A DNA stretch of 63,870 nt, filler included, from Octopus bimaculoides (GCF_001194135.2; 6 parts of 6 records of this genome joined end to end with filler, not necessarily neighbours in it), one strand, 5' to 3'; shown: positions 28,880 to 42,628, counted from the whole stretch's first letter. Notes: a model not told the origin generated them from the sequence alone. Program-made: numbers and translations.

Positions 28880-29330
28880 AGGAGGGATGCAGGGGAATGC
28901 CTGTAGTATGTATTTACTTAGCTAGACATGTCTTCTCAAGCACACCAAAATGCCGGAAGTCTCAGACCTCTATCATCACCTTTGTTAGGCCCATCATCAG
29001 AAGATCCTTTCTCACTGCTTCATCCCAAGCCTTCCTGGGTCTTCCCCTTCCACACATTCCCTCCACAAATATCTTTATCTTTTATCTTTTCATTGTTTCA
29101 GTCATTAGACTGCATCTACACTAGGGCACTGCCTCTGCAGTGAAAGCCCATGTTTCACTGCCATGTAACATAGCTGTACATACACAAGCATCATACTGTC
29201 AGCCTTTTACTCTTTTACTAACAAAGGTAGAAGCTCTCTAAACTTCACCCAGACTGTTCTTATCCTAGCAACTACACTTTCAGAACTTCCTCCAACACTG
29301 TTTACTTGGTCTTTTAAGTAATAGAAGCTA
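28880..29330 (-). mobile_element. Decayed RTE-clade LINE fragment
   Basis: Shares ctcactgc/catgtaacatagctgt/agctctctaaactt with the 38767 copy, and encodes an RGRPRKAWDEAV 3' motif. Confidence 0.6.
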
Positions 29331-29426
29331 TCTATTACCTCTAATGATCACCCTGAGCATTTAAGGCAATCTGTTGTCTGCATACTTTTAGTGATTATTG
29401 TACCTGCACATTTCACACACACACAC

Positions 29427-29494
<68 letters not shown>

Positions 29495-29640
29495 GTCATC
29501 ATTTAGCATCCATGTTTTGTGTTAGACAGTTTGACAAGGATTTAATGAGTCAAGGATTGCATCATACTACAGTGTGTACTGAGTGCTCATTTTGTGCCAT
29601 TAGTACTATGTACATCTTTCTCTCTCTCATTGTCTCTCTT

Positions 29641-29701
<61 letters not shown>

Positions 29702-30754
29702 TGTGTATTTCTTCTATCTTAATGAATAAAAATTCTTCTGATAGAATAAATGGGTTAATAGAAACCAATGTATATATATATATATTCTTTTATTCATTTA
29801 CTTGTTTCTGGAGCACTGCCTTTTTAATCGAACAAATCATCCCCAGTATTNNNNNNNNNNNNNNNNNNNNNNNNNNNNNNNNNNNNNNNNNNNNNNNNNN
29901 NNNNNNNNNNNNNNNNNNNNNNNNNNNNNNNNNNNNNNNNNNNNNNNNNNNNNNNNNNNNNNNNNNNNNNNNNNNNNNNNNNNNNNNNNNNNNNNNNNNN
30001 NNNNNNNNNNNNNNNNNNNNNNNNNNNNNNNNNNNNNNNNNNNNNNNNNNNNNNNNNNNNNNNNNNNNNNNNNNNNNNNNNNNNNNNNNNNNNNNNNNNN
30101 NNNNNNNNNNNNNNNNNNNNNNNNNNNNNNNNNNNNNNNNNNNNNNNNNNNNNNNNNNNNNNNNNNNNNNNNNNNNNNNNNNNNNNNNNNNNNNNNNNNN
30201 NNNNNNNNNNNNNNNNNNNNNNNNNNNNNNNNNNNNNNNNNNNNNNNNNNNNNNNNNNNNNNNNNNNNNNNNNNNNNNNNNNNNNNNNNNNNNNNNNNNN
30301 NNNNNNNNNNNNNNNNNNNNNNNNNNNNNNNNNNNNNNNNNNNNNNNNNNNNNNNNNNNNNNNNNNNNNNNNNNNNNNNNNNNNNNNNNNNNNNNNNNNN
30401 NNNNNNNNNNNNNNNNNNNNNNNNNNNNNNNNNNNNNNNNNNNNNNNNNNNNNNNNNNNNNNNNNNNNNNNNNNNNNNNNNNNNNNNNNNNNNNNNNNNN
30501 NNNNNNNATAATTAAGGGATCAGCAAATATTTGCTTCACCATATACCGAAGTTCAGAAATAGCAGCTAAAAAAGCTGAGAACCCCACAAATAGCATCACT
30601 CCCAATTAAATAAGTTCTCCACCAATAATGGTGCTTTCATACCGATGGGCTTGGTAAAAATTATTAATTGTTAATTGATTTATTAATTAATAAATTGATA
30701 ATCCTTTACCGTTTTAATTTGTAATATATATATATATTTATATATATATATATA

Positions 30755-30940
30755 CTAGCTGATGTACCCAGTAATTCCCAGGAAAGCAGAGATTATCCCT
30801 TGGCTCTGTTCTCATAATTGTTTCACTTTTCCAATAACAGCAATACAATGTATGTAGCCCTTAAAACGGCTTTTGTGCATTTACAGAGAATACCGAACTG
30901 TCATACATACACAGGATCTTGTTTTTATAAATACCCAAAT
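30755..30940 (+). mobile_element. Possible non-autonomous Helitron-like element
   Basis: Starts actagctgatgtaccc after (TA)n and ends gaactgtcatacatacacagga.cttgtttttata. Resemblance from memory only; no coding evidence. Confidence 0.25.
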
Positions 30941-31112
30941 CGTGAAGTCAGTTACATAATAACATGAAATTAGTTACCCGATAGTAAGAATTCAAATAAA
31001 ATAGCCCTGAAAACGGTTTTAATGTATATATAGAACTTCAGAAGAAATACTAATAAGGTATGTATACTAAAATCATGAAACATGTTATGTAATATAAATG
31101 GCTAATCAGATA

Positions 31113-31204
<92 letters not shown>

Positions 31205-31749
31205 GAGAGATAGGAGAGAGATATATATAGGTAGATGGATAGATATATAACATCTTTATATATCTGTGTAAATAAACATCACACATATACATATATGGCA
31301 TTGTCAAAAGAGAAACCAAACTTTTAAAACAGTGCGTTGTCTTGCCAACTAATGTTACTCTGTATATATGATATTTAACCTTCAGTCTAACAATAGCCAC
31401 ATGAAGTCAAATCAGTTAGCCATCTATCAAAATGAGTTAGAGTGAATGAATGTCTGTTTTGTGTACTTAACAATTTATCACAAGTTGAATAAAAGTTTGG
31501 AAACAGAATGTGTTTGCGAAATTCTGTTTCAAATTGGAAAACCGAATTATAAAAAGTTTTCTAGTGCTGCAACAAACCTATAACTTGTGCCAGCTTTCAA
31601 ATTAGGAAGAACATATTCCAAAGATAATCCCGAATCTGGATGACTATTCACAACAACAGATGATGATTATATTGTGGAAATATATGTTGTAGAGCATGAC
31701 AATTTCTGCCTTACTGTCCACGAAGTTTTTGAAGTGGTGTGTGTGTTGG

Positions 31750-32122
31750 CACTCCGTCGCTTACGACGTCGAGGGTTCCAGTTGATTCGATCAACGGAAC
31801 ATCCTGCTTGTGAAATTAACGTGCAAGTGGCTGAGCACTCCACAGACACGTGTACCCTTAACGTAGTTCTCGGGGATATTCAGTGTGACACAGTATGACA
31901 AGGCTGGCCCTTTGAAATACAGGTACATCAGAAATAGGAAAATAGAGTGAGAGAAAGTTGTGGTGAAAGAGTACAGCAGGGTTCGCCACCATCCCCTGCC
32001 GGAGCCTTGTGGAGCTTTAGGTGTTTTCGCTCAATAAACACTCATAATGCCCGGTCTGGGAATCGAATCCGCGATCCTATGACCGCGAGTCCACTGCCCT
32101 AACTACTGGGCCATTGCGCCTC
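31750..32122. mobile_element. SINE body (+, 31750-31925) abutting a tRNA-headed SINE (-, 31930-32122)
   Basis: The body gggttccagttgat..atcaacggaaca.cctgct.gtgaa recurs at 61330-61430. The minus head ggcgcaatggcccagtagttagggcagtggactcgcggtc...gattcgattccc has A/B-box-like motifs. Confidence 0.7.
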
Positions 32123-32758
32123 CACTTTTGAAGTGGTAGGCACCTATATAACTTCATACCATGTGATTTTCAATGTACAAATGAATATGCATTGTGTTGC
32201 TACAAAATTTGTGTCATATCTACTGACATAAGCCAAATGAGAATTAAGTTACAGTCAGGAGGGCGTAAGCTAAGGAATAAAAGAAAATACATATATGTAA
32301 AAAGTGCCCATGCTGGTACCACCATGGAAGTGGCATCCATAGCAGTACCATGTACAAAAGTATCCATGTTGGCAAGATGTAAAATAGTACCAATGCCAGT
32401 ACCATATATGGAAGCAACTATGCCAGCATCATGTAAAATTGCACTTATCCTGGTGTCACATAATAAAGCACCCATGCTTCTGCAACATAAAATACTTTTG
32501 CTAGTGCCATGTAAAAGCATCCCATACACTCTGTAAAGTGATTGGTGTTAGGAAGGGCATCCAGCTCTATAAACCATGCCAAAATGGACCGCTGGAACCT
32601 AGTGTAGCCCTCTGGTTTGCTAGCTTATGTCAAACCATCCAACCCATGCCAGCATGGAAACACACGTTAGATGGTGATGATGATGATGATACATGCTTAT
32701 CATCATCCCAAAGAGCAATCTATAATTTCATTCATACATACACCAATACACACACACA

Positions 32759-32798
<40 letters not shown>

Positions 32799-34145
32799 AT
32801 ATATCTTTTTATCTTTTGCTTGTTTCAGTCATTGGATAGCAGCCATGCTTGAGCAGAACCTTAAAGATGAATGGTAAAGTCAATATTGGTAGTATTTGGA
32901 CTCAGAACATAAAAGCTGGAAGAAATGGCACTAAGTATTTTGGCAGTCCATGACCGCAGCCACTTGGCTGAAACACATAAATAAATACACTCACACAGTA
33001 TGTGTGTGTGTCTGTGTGTGCATGCGTGTGTGCGTGCGTGCATGTGTGTGTGTGTGTATGTGCGTGCATGTGTGTGTAGGTGTGTGCATGCCTATGTATG
33101 CATATATGCAGCCAGGTGTACACACACACACACACACGCACACACACACACACACACACACACTCTCAGTCTCCTTCTTTTATTGGTTCCTGTTATTCCA
33201 ATTCTGGTTATTCCAATTCTCTTGTTATCTCTCACTGCTTACCTTTGTCTCTCTTTTATGTGCTCCATCTTATAATACATACATACATACATACATACAC
33301 ACACACACATACATACACACATACATACATACATACATAAATACATACATAAATACATACATACATACATACATAGACATACATAGACATACACAAGCCA
33401 AATGGCAATCTTTTTGTGGCTGCTCAACTTGCTAGAAAAAGCAGTTAAAATTTCCCTTAAATCTCATCCTAGAATCATCATTGGACGATCATAAATATAC
33501 AAAAAAAAAAGAAAAAAAAAACCAACAAAAAACAAAAAAATAAGCTCACAGCTGGAACGCTTTTGATCATAGGTATGTGTTAATTGTGCATAACTATGAT
33601 ATCCTGGGGCTAAACAATGAAAACAGTGGCATTTCTTCTTACCTTTAACTACCCCTCTATTATCTATTTCCTGTTTCTCTTTCCCATTCTTCATCTCTAT
33701 CACTTTGTGTTTGTATGTGTGTATATATACATGTGTTCACAGTGTAATTATGTGTTACCTGTCTGTATGTATGAGTGTGTGTATGTATGTGCATATGAAT
33801 GTATGTATGTGTGTGAAGGTATTTCAATTCCGTTTAATATGTATGTATGTGTGTGTATGTATGTAGTTATGTATATGTGTGTGTATGTATGTATGTATTT
33901 ATGTGTATGTATATTTATGCATGTATGAATGCATGTATGTATGTTTGTATATAAAAGTACAAATGATGATGGAGATGCTACGATGATGATTATGATGATG
34001 ATGATGATAGTGATGACAATGATGATGACTGTAATGGTGGTAGTGTCGGTGCTGGTGCTACTGGTGCTGCTGCTGCTGCTGCTGCTGCTGCAGCTACTGA
34101 TGCAGATGATAACATTGATCATATGATCATGATGACCAAGATGAA

Positions 34146-34179
<34 letters not shown>

Positions 34180-35404
34180 GTGATAAGGGAGAAGACGAGG
34201 CGAAGAAGAGGCTGAAGATGAAATTGATGATGATACCATTACAGATGAATGATAGCGGTGATGGTGGTGGTGGTGGTGGTGGTGATGATGGTGGTGGTAG
34301 TAGTATTGGTGGTGGTGGTGGTGGTGGTGGTGGCGGTGCTGTTTATATTTCTGTTTCATTGTAGAACTAACTGATGCTTGATGGTTTTTCTATACAGCTG
34401 CGAACTNNNNNNNNNNNNNNNNNNNNNNNNNNNNNNNNNNNNNNNNNNNNNNNNNNNNNNNNNNNNNNNNNNNNNNNNNNNNNNNNNNNNNNNNNNNNNN
34501 NNNNNNNNNNNNNNNNNNNNNNNNNNNNNNNNNNNNNNNNNNNNNNNNNNNNNNNNNNNNNNNNNNNNNNNNNNNNNNNNNNNNNNNNNNNNNNNNNNNN
34601 NNNNNNNNNNNNNNNNNNNNNNNNNNNNNNNNNNNNNNNNNNNNNNNNNNNNNNNNNNNNNNNNNNNNNNNNNNNNNNNNNNNNNNNNNNNNNNNNNNNN
34701 NNNNNNNNNNNNNNNNNNNNNNNNNNNNNNNNNNNNNNNNNNNNNNNNNNNNNNNNNNNNNNNNNNNNNNNNNNNNNNNNNNNNNNNNNNNNNNNNNNNN
34801 NNNNNNNNNNNNNNNNNNNNNNNNNNNNNNNNNNNNNNNNNNNNNNNNNNNNNNNNNNNNNNNNNNNNNNNNNNNNNNNNNNNNNNNNNNNNNNNNNNNN
34901 NNNNNNNNNNNNNNNNNNNNNNNNNNNNNNNNNNNNNNNNNNNNNNNNNNNNNNNNNNNNNNNNNNNNNNNNNNNNNNNNNNNNNNNNNNNNNNNNNNNN
35001 NNNNNNNNNNNNNNNNNNNNNNNNNNNNNNNNNNNNNNNNNNNNNNNNNNNNNNNNNNNNNNNNNNNNNNNNNNNNNNNNNNNNNNNNNNNNNNNNNNNN
35101 NNNNNNNNNNNNNNNNNNNNNNNNNNNNNNNNNNNNNNNNNNNNNNNNNNNNNNNNNNNNNNNNNNNNNNNNNNNNNNNNNNNNNNNNNNNNNNNNNNNN
35201 NNNNNNNNNNNNNNNNNNNNNNNNNNNNNNNNNNNNNNNNNNNNNNNNNNNNNNNNNNNNNNNNNNNNNNNNNNNNNNNNNNNNNNNNNNNNNNNNNNNN
35301 NNNNNNNNNNNNNNNNNNNNNNNNNNNNNNNNNNNNNNNNNNNNNNNNNNNNNNNNNNNNNNNNNNNNNNNNNNNNNNNNNNNNNNNNNNNNNNNNNNNN
35401 NNNN

Positions 35405-35450
<46 letters not shown>

Positions 35451-36199
35451 TATATATTTACATATATGTTGTGTGTGTGTGAGTGTGTGTGTGTGTGTAT
35501 GTGTGTTCTTAAGTTTGTGTATATAAGTATCTGTGTTTCTAAGTGGGTAGCAGTAAATTAGTTACGTGTGGATACACATACATAATAATAGATTCCCAAT
35601 GAGTCGCTAGTAATACATATGTTTGTTAAAAGGTTTGCAGAGAAACAATGTATGTATACACACATGCACACACATATATACATTTATGTAATGTTTGTGT
35701 GTGTGTATGCGTGTGTGTGAACAAGAGAAGAGAGAAGAGAGAGAGAGAGAGAGTACTCAATAGTGAAAGTAGAGTTACATAAGAGCTCGATTTCAAATGC
35801 CTATAACACAAGGCCAGCAATTTCATGAATTATATCAAACCCCACTGCTTCGAAAAGCTGAAAGGCAAAGTCACCCTCAATGAAATTTGACCTCAGAATG
35901 TAAAGTCAGAAGAAATGCCATTATGCATTTTATCTGGTATAGCAAGGATTCTGCCAGCTTGATGCCATAGACTTACATCATTTGTTAGAATCTAAGCTTC
36001 GGACAATTATGATATGTCCAAGGAATGGAAATTTCAATACACACACACACAAACACACACACACATAAGGTGCAATGATTCAATTGTTGCCATTTTATAT
36101 TTTTAAATTCATGCGTGCACATCGTTTGCTTTTGATTTTGTTGACTACATAGTACAGTAGGGTCAGTTGGGCACCTGTGAGAAAAACAACATGACACAA

Positions 36200-36930
36200 T
36201 TCACTCTGCCAGAAATTTGGAAACAGCATGCTGCACTGCTTGTCATTTATGCTGGAAGCTCCAGTATGAACGTTTCAGTGTTTGGGTGTCAATCTAAGGA
36301 TAGTACAATCTGAGGATATATATTGAGAAAGATAAAAATCAAACAACCAGTCAGCATCATGGTGTGTAGAGTAATCACTAGTGATGGTGATGTTATGCCT
36401 CCATTCATCTTCCCAAATGGCCTCAGACTCAAACATACAGAGGTCTACATCAAGTGCCTGGAAGAGGTAGTGCTGCCCTGAGTGAAGAGGCTGGCTGCTG
36501 GAAGACCCTATATCTGGAAACAGAAGCAGGGGAACCCAGTCATGGCTGTCAGACAATCTCTGCGACCACATCACCCCTAACATCTGGCCACCTAACTCCC
36601 CAGACTGCAACCCCCTTGATTATTATGTATGGGGCACAGTTGAGTGAGAGACCAACAAAACTCATTGTAACACTAAAGATGAACTGAAGGCAAGGATTAT
36701 GGCAGCATTCACCAACTTAAACAAGGAGGCCATCCAGAAGAGTTGCAAGAGATTCTGAAGTCGTCTGGAGGCCGTGGTTGAAGCCAATGGCGCTTTTATT
36801 GAATAAATTTACTCTTTAGTATTTCAAGATATTTTTATGCAATTTTGACATATATATCTGTTAAAATGAGAAGTCAGTGTTATTTTCATTTTTGCTGATT
36901 TAGACAACAATATATCACCGCATCCTGAAT
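36200..36930 (+). mobile_element. 3' part of an IS630-Tc1-mariner transposase (maT/DD37D-like), decayed
   Basis: VITSDGDVMPPFIFP, PLDYYVWG.VE and KDELKARIMAAF...RLEAVVEANG, with stops and frameshifts. Confidence 0.75.
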
Positions 36931-36949
36931 ATATATATATATGTATATA

Positions 36950-37250
36950 CAGGGGTTGAACAATATAATGAAAACACCTAACATATGAGCATAATAATTT
37001 TGAAATATCTATAAAACCATCAAAAGCTTGTTTATTTTTATGTTTTTTTATCTATTATTACTGTTGCTTAATATGTTTTGTTAAAATTGCTGTATCTTTT
37101 CAGATATCATCAGAAAAGGTAATTAAAATTCATTAAAATGACAGATTTGTCAGACTTTCAAAGAGGTCAAATTGCTGGTGTTCGTATGGCAGGCGCTAGC
37201 ATAGCAAAAACAGCCTGTCTTGAAAGTAATGACAGCCTTTGAGAAAGGCT
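36950..37250 (+). mobile_element. 5' fragment of the same Tc1-like family as 50817-52085
   Basis: TIR caggggttgaacaatataatgaaaacacct followed by atgacagatttgtcagactttcaaagaggtcaaattg (MTDLSDFQRGQI). Confidence 0.85.
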
Positions 37251-37727
37251 TTGGTTGGTCAAAGATATATATATATTTATAGCTCTGGTGAAATTGTTTC
37301 TAACGACACATTGTAATTAGTATATACAATGAGTGCTCAACTTGACTCAACACCCAAAACTGTGACTCAAACTATGACTAAAACACAATATAGTGTTGTT
37401 GTAGCTGGCCAGCAGTCAATGGTTTATCACTGACCATATGTTTATGTTTTTTTTATGTTGAATTATAATCTTTTATCTTTTATCTCTTGTTTGATTCAGT
37501 CATTAGTCTGTGGCCATGCTGGAGCACCGCCTTGGATCTTTAGTTAAATGACTCAACCCCAGTACTTAATTTTTTAAGCCTGGTATTTATTCTATCGGTC
37601 TCTTTTGCCAAACTGCTAAGTTACAGGGATGCGAACACACCAACACTGGTTGTCAAGCAGTGATGGAGGTGACAAACACAAGCATAAAGGGGCACACACA
37701 TATATATGTATATGTATATATATATAA

Positions 37728-37768
<41 letters not shown>

Positions 37769-38199
37769 GTGAGTCCAGGTCATCAGCGTCACTCAGACTC
37801 ATCACAGATTTCGTCACTTGGGCTCATCACAGATTTTGCATAAGTCACATGCCTGCTTGAAAAATTTCACGTTTTTTCGCAATATTTCTAGCCCCAAATG
37901 GCTTATTTTTTATATCTAGCATTATGCCTTTCACCATTTCTAAGAGTTAAAATAAGGCAACCCTGCAAAACACAACTGATCTTTACACACAGATGCACAG
38001 AATAACAGCAATCAAATAATGACGGTGGAGTGCAAAACAAGCCTCAGCAATCTGTCACTTGTACTCTTGACAAGAGATGCCAGTTAGCCTTCTACACTTA
38101 CCAGGATTGTTTGTGTTAGTCTGAGCTGCTGGATAATTTTTTGTTCCTTTCAGAATATTGTAGAATGGAAACTTTTCATAGATTGGAATTTAAATCCTA

Positions 38200-38446
38200 A
38201 TCATCATCATCATCATCATCATCATCGTTTAACGTCCGCTTTCCATGCTAGCATGGGTTGGACGATTTGACTGAGGACTGGTCAAACCGGATGGCAACAC
38301 CAGGCTCCAATCTAATTTGGCAGAGTTTCTACAGCTGGATGCCCTTCCTAACGCCAACCACTCAGAGAGTGTAGTGGGTGCTTTTACGTGTCACCCGCAC
38401 GAAAACGGCCACGCTCGAAATGGTGTCTTTTATGTGCCACCCGCAC
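38200..38446 (-). mobile_element. RTE-tail-type interspersed repeat ending in (GAT)n. Other copies at about 11482-11780, 16195-16390, 21170-21380, 23600-23830, 28685-28860, 32520-32690(+)
   Basis: Recurrent catcatcgtttaa.gtccg.tttccatgct.gcatgggttgg...ggatgcccttcctaa.gccaacca. It adjoins the RTE coding fragments at 38767 and 28880. Confidence 0.75.
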
Positions 38447-38766
38447 NNNNNNNNNNNNNNNNNNNNNNNNNNNNNNNNNNNNNNNNNNNNNNNNNNNNNN
38501 NNNNNNNNNNNNNNNNNNNNNNNNNNNNNNNNNNNNNNNNNNNNNNNNNNNNNNNNNNNNNNNNNNNNNNNNNNNNNNNNNNNNNNNNNNNNNNNNNNNN
38601 NNNNNNNNNNNNNNNNNNNNNNNNNNNNNNNNNNNNNNNNNNNNNNNNNNNNNNNNNNNNNNNNNNNNNNNNNNNNNNNNNNNNNNNNNNNNNNNNNNNN
38701 NNNNNNNNNNNNNNNNNNNNNNNNNNNNNNNNNNNNNNNNNNNNNNNNNNNNNNNNNNNNNNNNNT

Positions 38767-39030
38767 GATGCTTCTTATGTTCAGCTTTTCTCTCAAGATA
38801 CTTACACTCTGATGGGTATGCACATTTAAATTACACATCCAGCGGAGCATACTGGCTTCATTCCTTGCGAGCTTACGCATGTCCTCAACAGTCACAGCCC
38901 ATGTTTCACTGCCATGTAGCATGGCTGTTCGTACACATGCATCATACAGTCTGCCTTTTACTCTGAGTGAGAGTCCCTTTGTCGCCAGCAGAGGTAAGAG
39001 CTCTCTAAACTTGGCCCAGGCTAAATTTAT
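38767..39030 (-). mobile_element. RTE-clade LINE RT C-terminal fragment
   Basis: WAKFRELLPLLATKGLSLRVKGRLYDACVRTAMLHGSETWAVTVEDMRKLARNEASMLRWMC. Confidence 0.8.
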
Positions 39031-39499
39031 TGTTTCAAGAAAACATTGAATTTGAATTACTTTTAATTTTTACGATTATAGATAACAACTTGGGCTGTAA
39101 CTTCTGAGCCCAAGTCAAGAGAACGTCTGCTTCAAATGATATTTTTTGACACAGGGCATCTCTAAGACGGCCACCAGATGCTGAACAAAAATAAATGAAC
39201 TATGACCAGGCTCATTAAAAGGAACCTGAGTTATTGGCTGCAATTACATACTTGAAGTCAGTGTTGGCAGAAATTAAATCAGCTTCCAAATACACGTTCA
39301 TTTTACTAAATTTATATTCAGGCTAAACCCAACAGCCCAAGTGCCAGATTCACTGCGGATATATATATACATACATATAATTTAAAAATAGGATAAAATC
39401 TTTGTAAGAATTTATCAAGTAGTCAGCGTGAAAAACCTCATAAGGTAAAAAAATTATAATTATTCCCTTTAAATATATTTATTTATATTAAGGGCATTG

Positions 39500-39646
39500 A
39501 TACACATAAATGCTTCATGCTATGAGGGACTCTTAAAGTCAAAACTACCATAATAAATACAGTGTACTGAATGCAAGGGTACAGTGTATTTATTATGGTA
39601 GTTTTGACTTTAAGAGGCCCACATTGCATGAGACATTTATGTGTAT
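39500..39646. repeat. Hairpin element, family H2
   Basis: Arms atacacataaatg...gagggactcttaaagtcaaaactaccataataaataca and their reverse complement; preceded by aagggcatt, as at 41731. Confidence 0.85.
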
Positions 39647-39689
39647 GTGTATAAATAAATATACACACACACACACACACACACATATA

Positions 39690-40560
39690 TACGCACTGGA
39701 AATACTTCAAGCAAATTCTATTTAAATAGGGAAAGCATACTCATTAAAAAATATAATCCACAGCTGAATATCCTTTAGAAAGAAATTAAAACACTATAGA
39801 GAAAAAGGAAAAAAAAAATCAATTTCTCCACAAAAAACAACCGGGAACAACAGACCCTTTTAAAAACTTTAGTAACAGTCTTCCACCAGGTTTTCGAAAC
39901 CACAACTCCAAATCACCATACAATAACACCATTCAAACACCAGTTGCTGACATCACCTAACTCTAGACCAATGAAATTTTACCTCTGATCAAAACTGAAC
40001 ATCAGCAAATAAAACAAAATGACCATTGGCTGATGACCATTCCCCACAGGAAAGCTGATGACCATTCCCCTCAGGGAAGCCAATCAGGCAGAACAACAAA
40101 CTTGACCACCGGAAAAACAAGACATCACCAGTACTTGAACAAATCAAAAATCAGATCTACTCATGGAAAAAATTATAAACACACTGGATTCCAAAGCACA
40201 CCGTTACAAGCAAAAGTTCCCCCACACAATCAGGGAAATTGTAAACCAAATCCCTTTTTTTACTATCTTCATTCCTCCCTTGTTTTTTCCCTCTAAACTC
40301 AATATGACTGAAACTTTGATGATGTTTATTTCTTGTCGATCCCTAATAACACTAATGAGCGTTGTACATTCAAACAAATTAATGTACTGTTTTTATATTA
40401 CTGACTGTTATGAACATTTAAACTTGTCAACATTGAAACTTTTAAACATGTTTTTTCTAATTCATAATTCTAAATTTTCACCATTGATAAACAAAAAATA
40501 TTGTTGAAACTAGTTTGGTTTATATGTAAATAAATTTATTTTAAACAATTACAAGTGTTT
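39690..40560 (+). mobile_element. Highly decayed PLE endonuclease C-terminus and 3' remnants
   Basis: ESILIKKYNPQLN at about 39725-39765 matches the E..LI....P.LN end of PLE endonucleases. A degenerate hammerhead-like motif lies at 40480-40519. Confidence 0.4.
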
Positions 40561-40778
40561 TCAAATTTAAGTACATTTTCAACAACAAATTTGCCTATAT
40601 ATATATATGTATATATATGTGTTCATTCTGTTGCCTGTAAAAAAAGTCCGTGTTTTGTGCTTTGCTTATGTTCCCTTTCCTTTTTTGTCCACGTTTTTTG
40701 ACGTCCTGTACCCGGATATGAATCTATATATACATGTAGGTGTAGGCATGTACATATATGTATGTATACATGCATATG

Positions 40779-40813
<35 letters not shown>

Positions 40814-40898
40814 TTCTTTTCCCGAGCGTCTAATAACACCATCCGTATCACGTCCTCACGTTGTTGTTTTTTGTTATTGTTTTTTGTCTTTTTTTTAA

Positions 40899-40933
<35 letters not shown>

Positions 40934-41695
40934 NNNNNNNNNNNNNNNNNNNCACAAGGCTTTGGTTGGCCTGAGGCTATAGTAGAAGATACTTGCACAA
41001 GGTGTCATGCAGTGGGACTGAACCCAGAACCATGTGGTTGGGAAGAAAACTTCTTACCACACAGTCACTCCTATGCCTAAAAACAATTTTACATTAAACT
41101 GAATGATAACTCACTGTTTTTTTGGTGTGTACATATTTTTTATTGAATACAATAAAGGCTTAGCAAGCCAAAACTTCGAAGTCACTATTAACACTATTCT
41201 TGTTAAAGAATGATGATGTGTATGCATTTGTATGTGTACATACAAAAATACACACGTATGTGCATATATATAAACATATACACATACATACTGACACACA
41301 CACACCATAAGTATCTTATATACAACAAATATACAAATACAGATAAGGAAGAAGAACAAGAAAATGAAAGAGAAGGCATGAGATATAGAGGATGAGGCAA
41401 GGAAAGATAGAGAAATAAGATAGGAAGGAAAGAAAGCGTGATGAAGAAATGGGGTGGGAGGCAATCCTTCATCGAGGGACTAACAGTGCCTGGTTTTCAC
41501 TCAACACTTGTTTAATGGTTTGACTGATTATCAGCAATTAGTTAGCAATATAGAATACAGCTGTTGTGAAGACTGAATTGACACACTGTTGTTACTTTAT
41601 CGTTGTGTGCACCAATAACTGTGTTCACACATATTGCCATGTTTACTCACATACCTATACATATGCAGCTTTATATACATATATACCTCTGTGTG

Positions 41696-41734
<39 letters not shown>

Positions 41735-41742
41735 GCATTACT

Positions 41743-41862
41743 ATACAATAATGCCTCAAGCTTAGAGGGACTTCATAAGTCAAAACTACCAGAATAAGCA
41801 AATGTGGTTATTTTGGTAGTTTTGACTTATGAAGTCCCTCTAAGCGTGAGGCATTATTGTAT
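41743..41862. repeat. Near-perfect hairpin element, family H2
   Basis: 55-bp arms with 2 mismatches and a 10-nt loop gcaaatgtgg; preceded by aagggcatt. Confidence 0.9.
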
Positions 41863-42243
41863 NNNNNNNNNNNNNNNNNNNNNNNNNNNNNNNNNNNNNN
41901 NNNNNNTTAATTAATTAANNNNNNNNNNNNNNNNNNNNNNNNNNNNNNNNNNNNNNNNNNNNATATGATATGATATGAGGGAAATTTCTAGCGAACGAAC
42001 GACCATTTAGATGTTAACTAACTCGTCACATGTGATGTATTGTATTCAATTTTTAGTGTTGCTCGTGGTTAGGGAAATTGGCACTTGAAAAGGTTGGAAA
42101 AGAACGGATAGTGCTTTGATATGTTTGTACTAAGAGTAAATTTGTATTTGAAGATAACTGCTGGGTTGCAGCATTATTAACCGGAAGTTACAATTTTAAA
42201 ATGCGGAAAATGAATGTTTAGCTTTAGCTTACGAATGGGCACA

Positions 42244-42296
<53 letters not shown>

Positions 42297-42324
42297 TCCT
42301 TCTCTCTCTCTCTCTCTCACTCCT

Positions 42325-42425
<101 letters not shown>

Positions 42426-42575
42426 GTCTCCCACTTTTCTCTCCCTCTCTCTTTCCTCTCTTTCTTACTTACACCTTCATACATACACACATACAAACGC
42501 ACTCATTCTCACAAGCACAGTCACACACGCGTGTGAACACGTGCGCCATAGAATATGCCTATAAATGGATGAATG

Positions 42576-42628
<53 letters not shown>

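Noticed and set aside
29398-35561. Long ORFs in the track (e.g. 29398-30609, 34374-35561, 8055-9128)
   Set aside because: They are read-through of N gaps and microsatellites.
37760-37840. 25-bp tandem unit resembling a hammerhead core on the minus strand (gtgatga-gtc..gac-gaaa)
   Set aside because: C3 is absent and neither unit has a complete set of stems.
40048-40080. Tandem gctgatgaccattcccc..ggaa repeats as a ribozyme
   Set aside because: It is a local duplication of about 26 bp, and stem II and the cleavage site are not formed.
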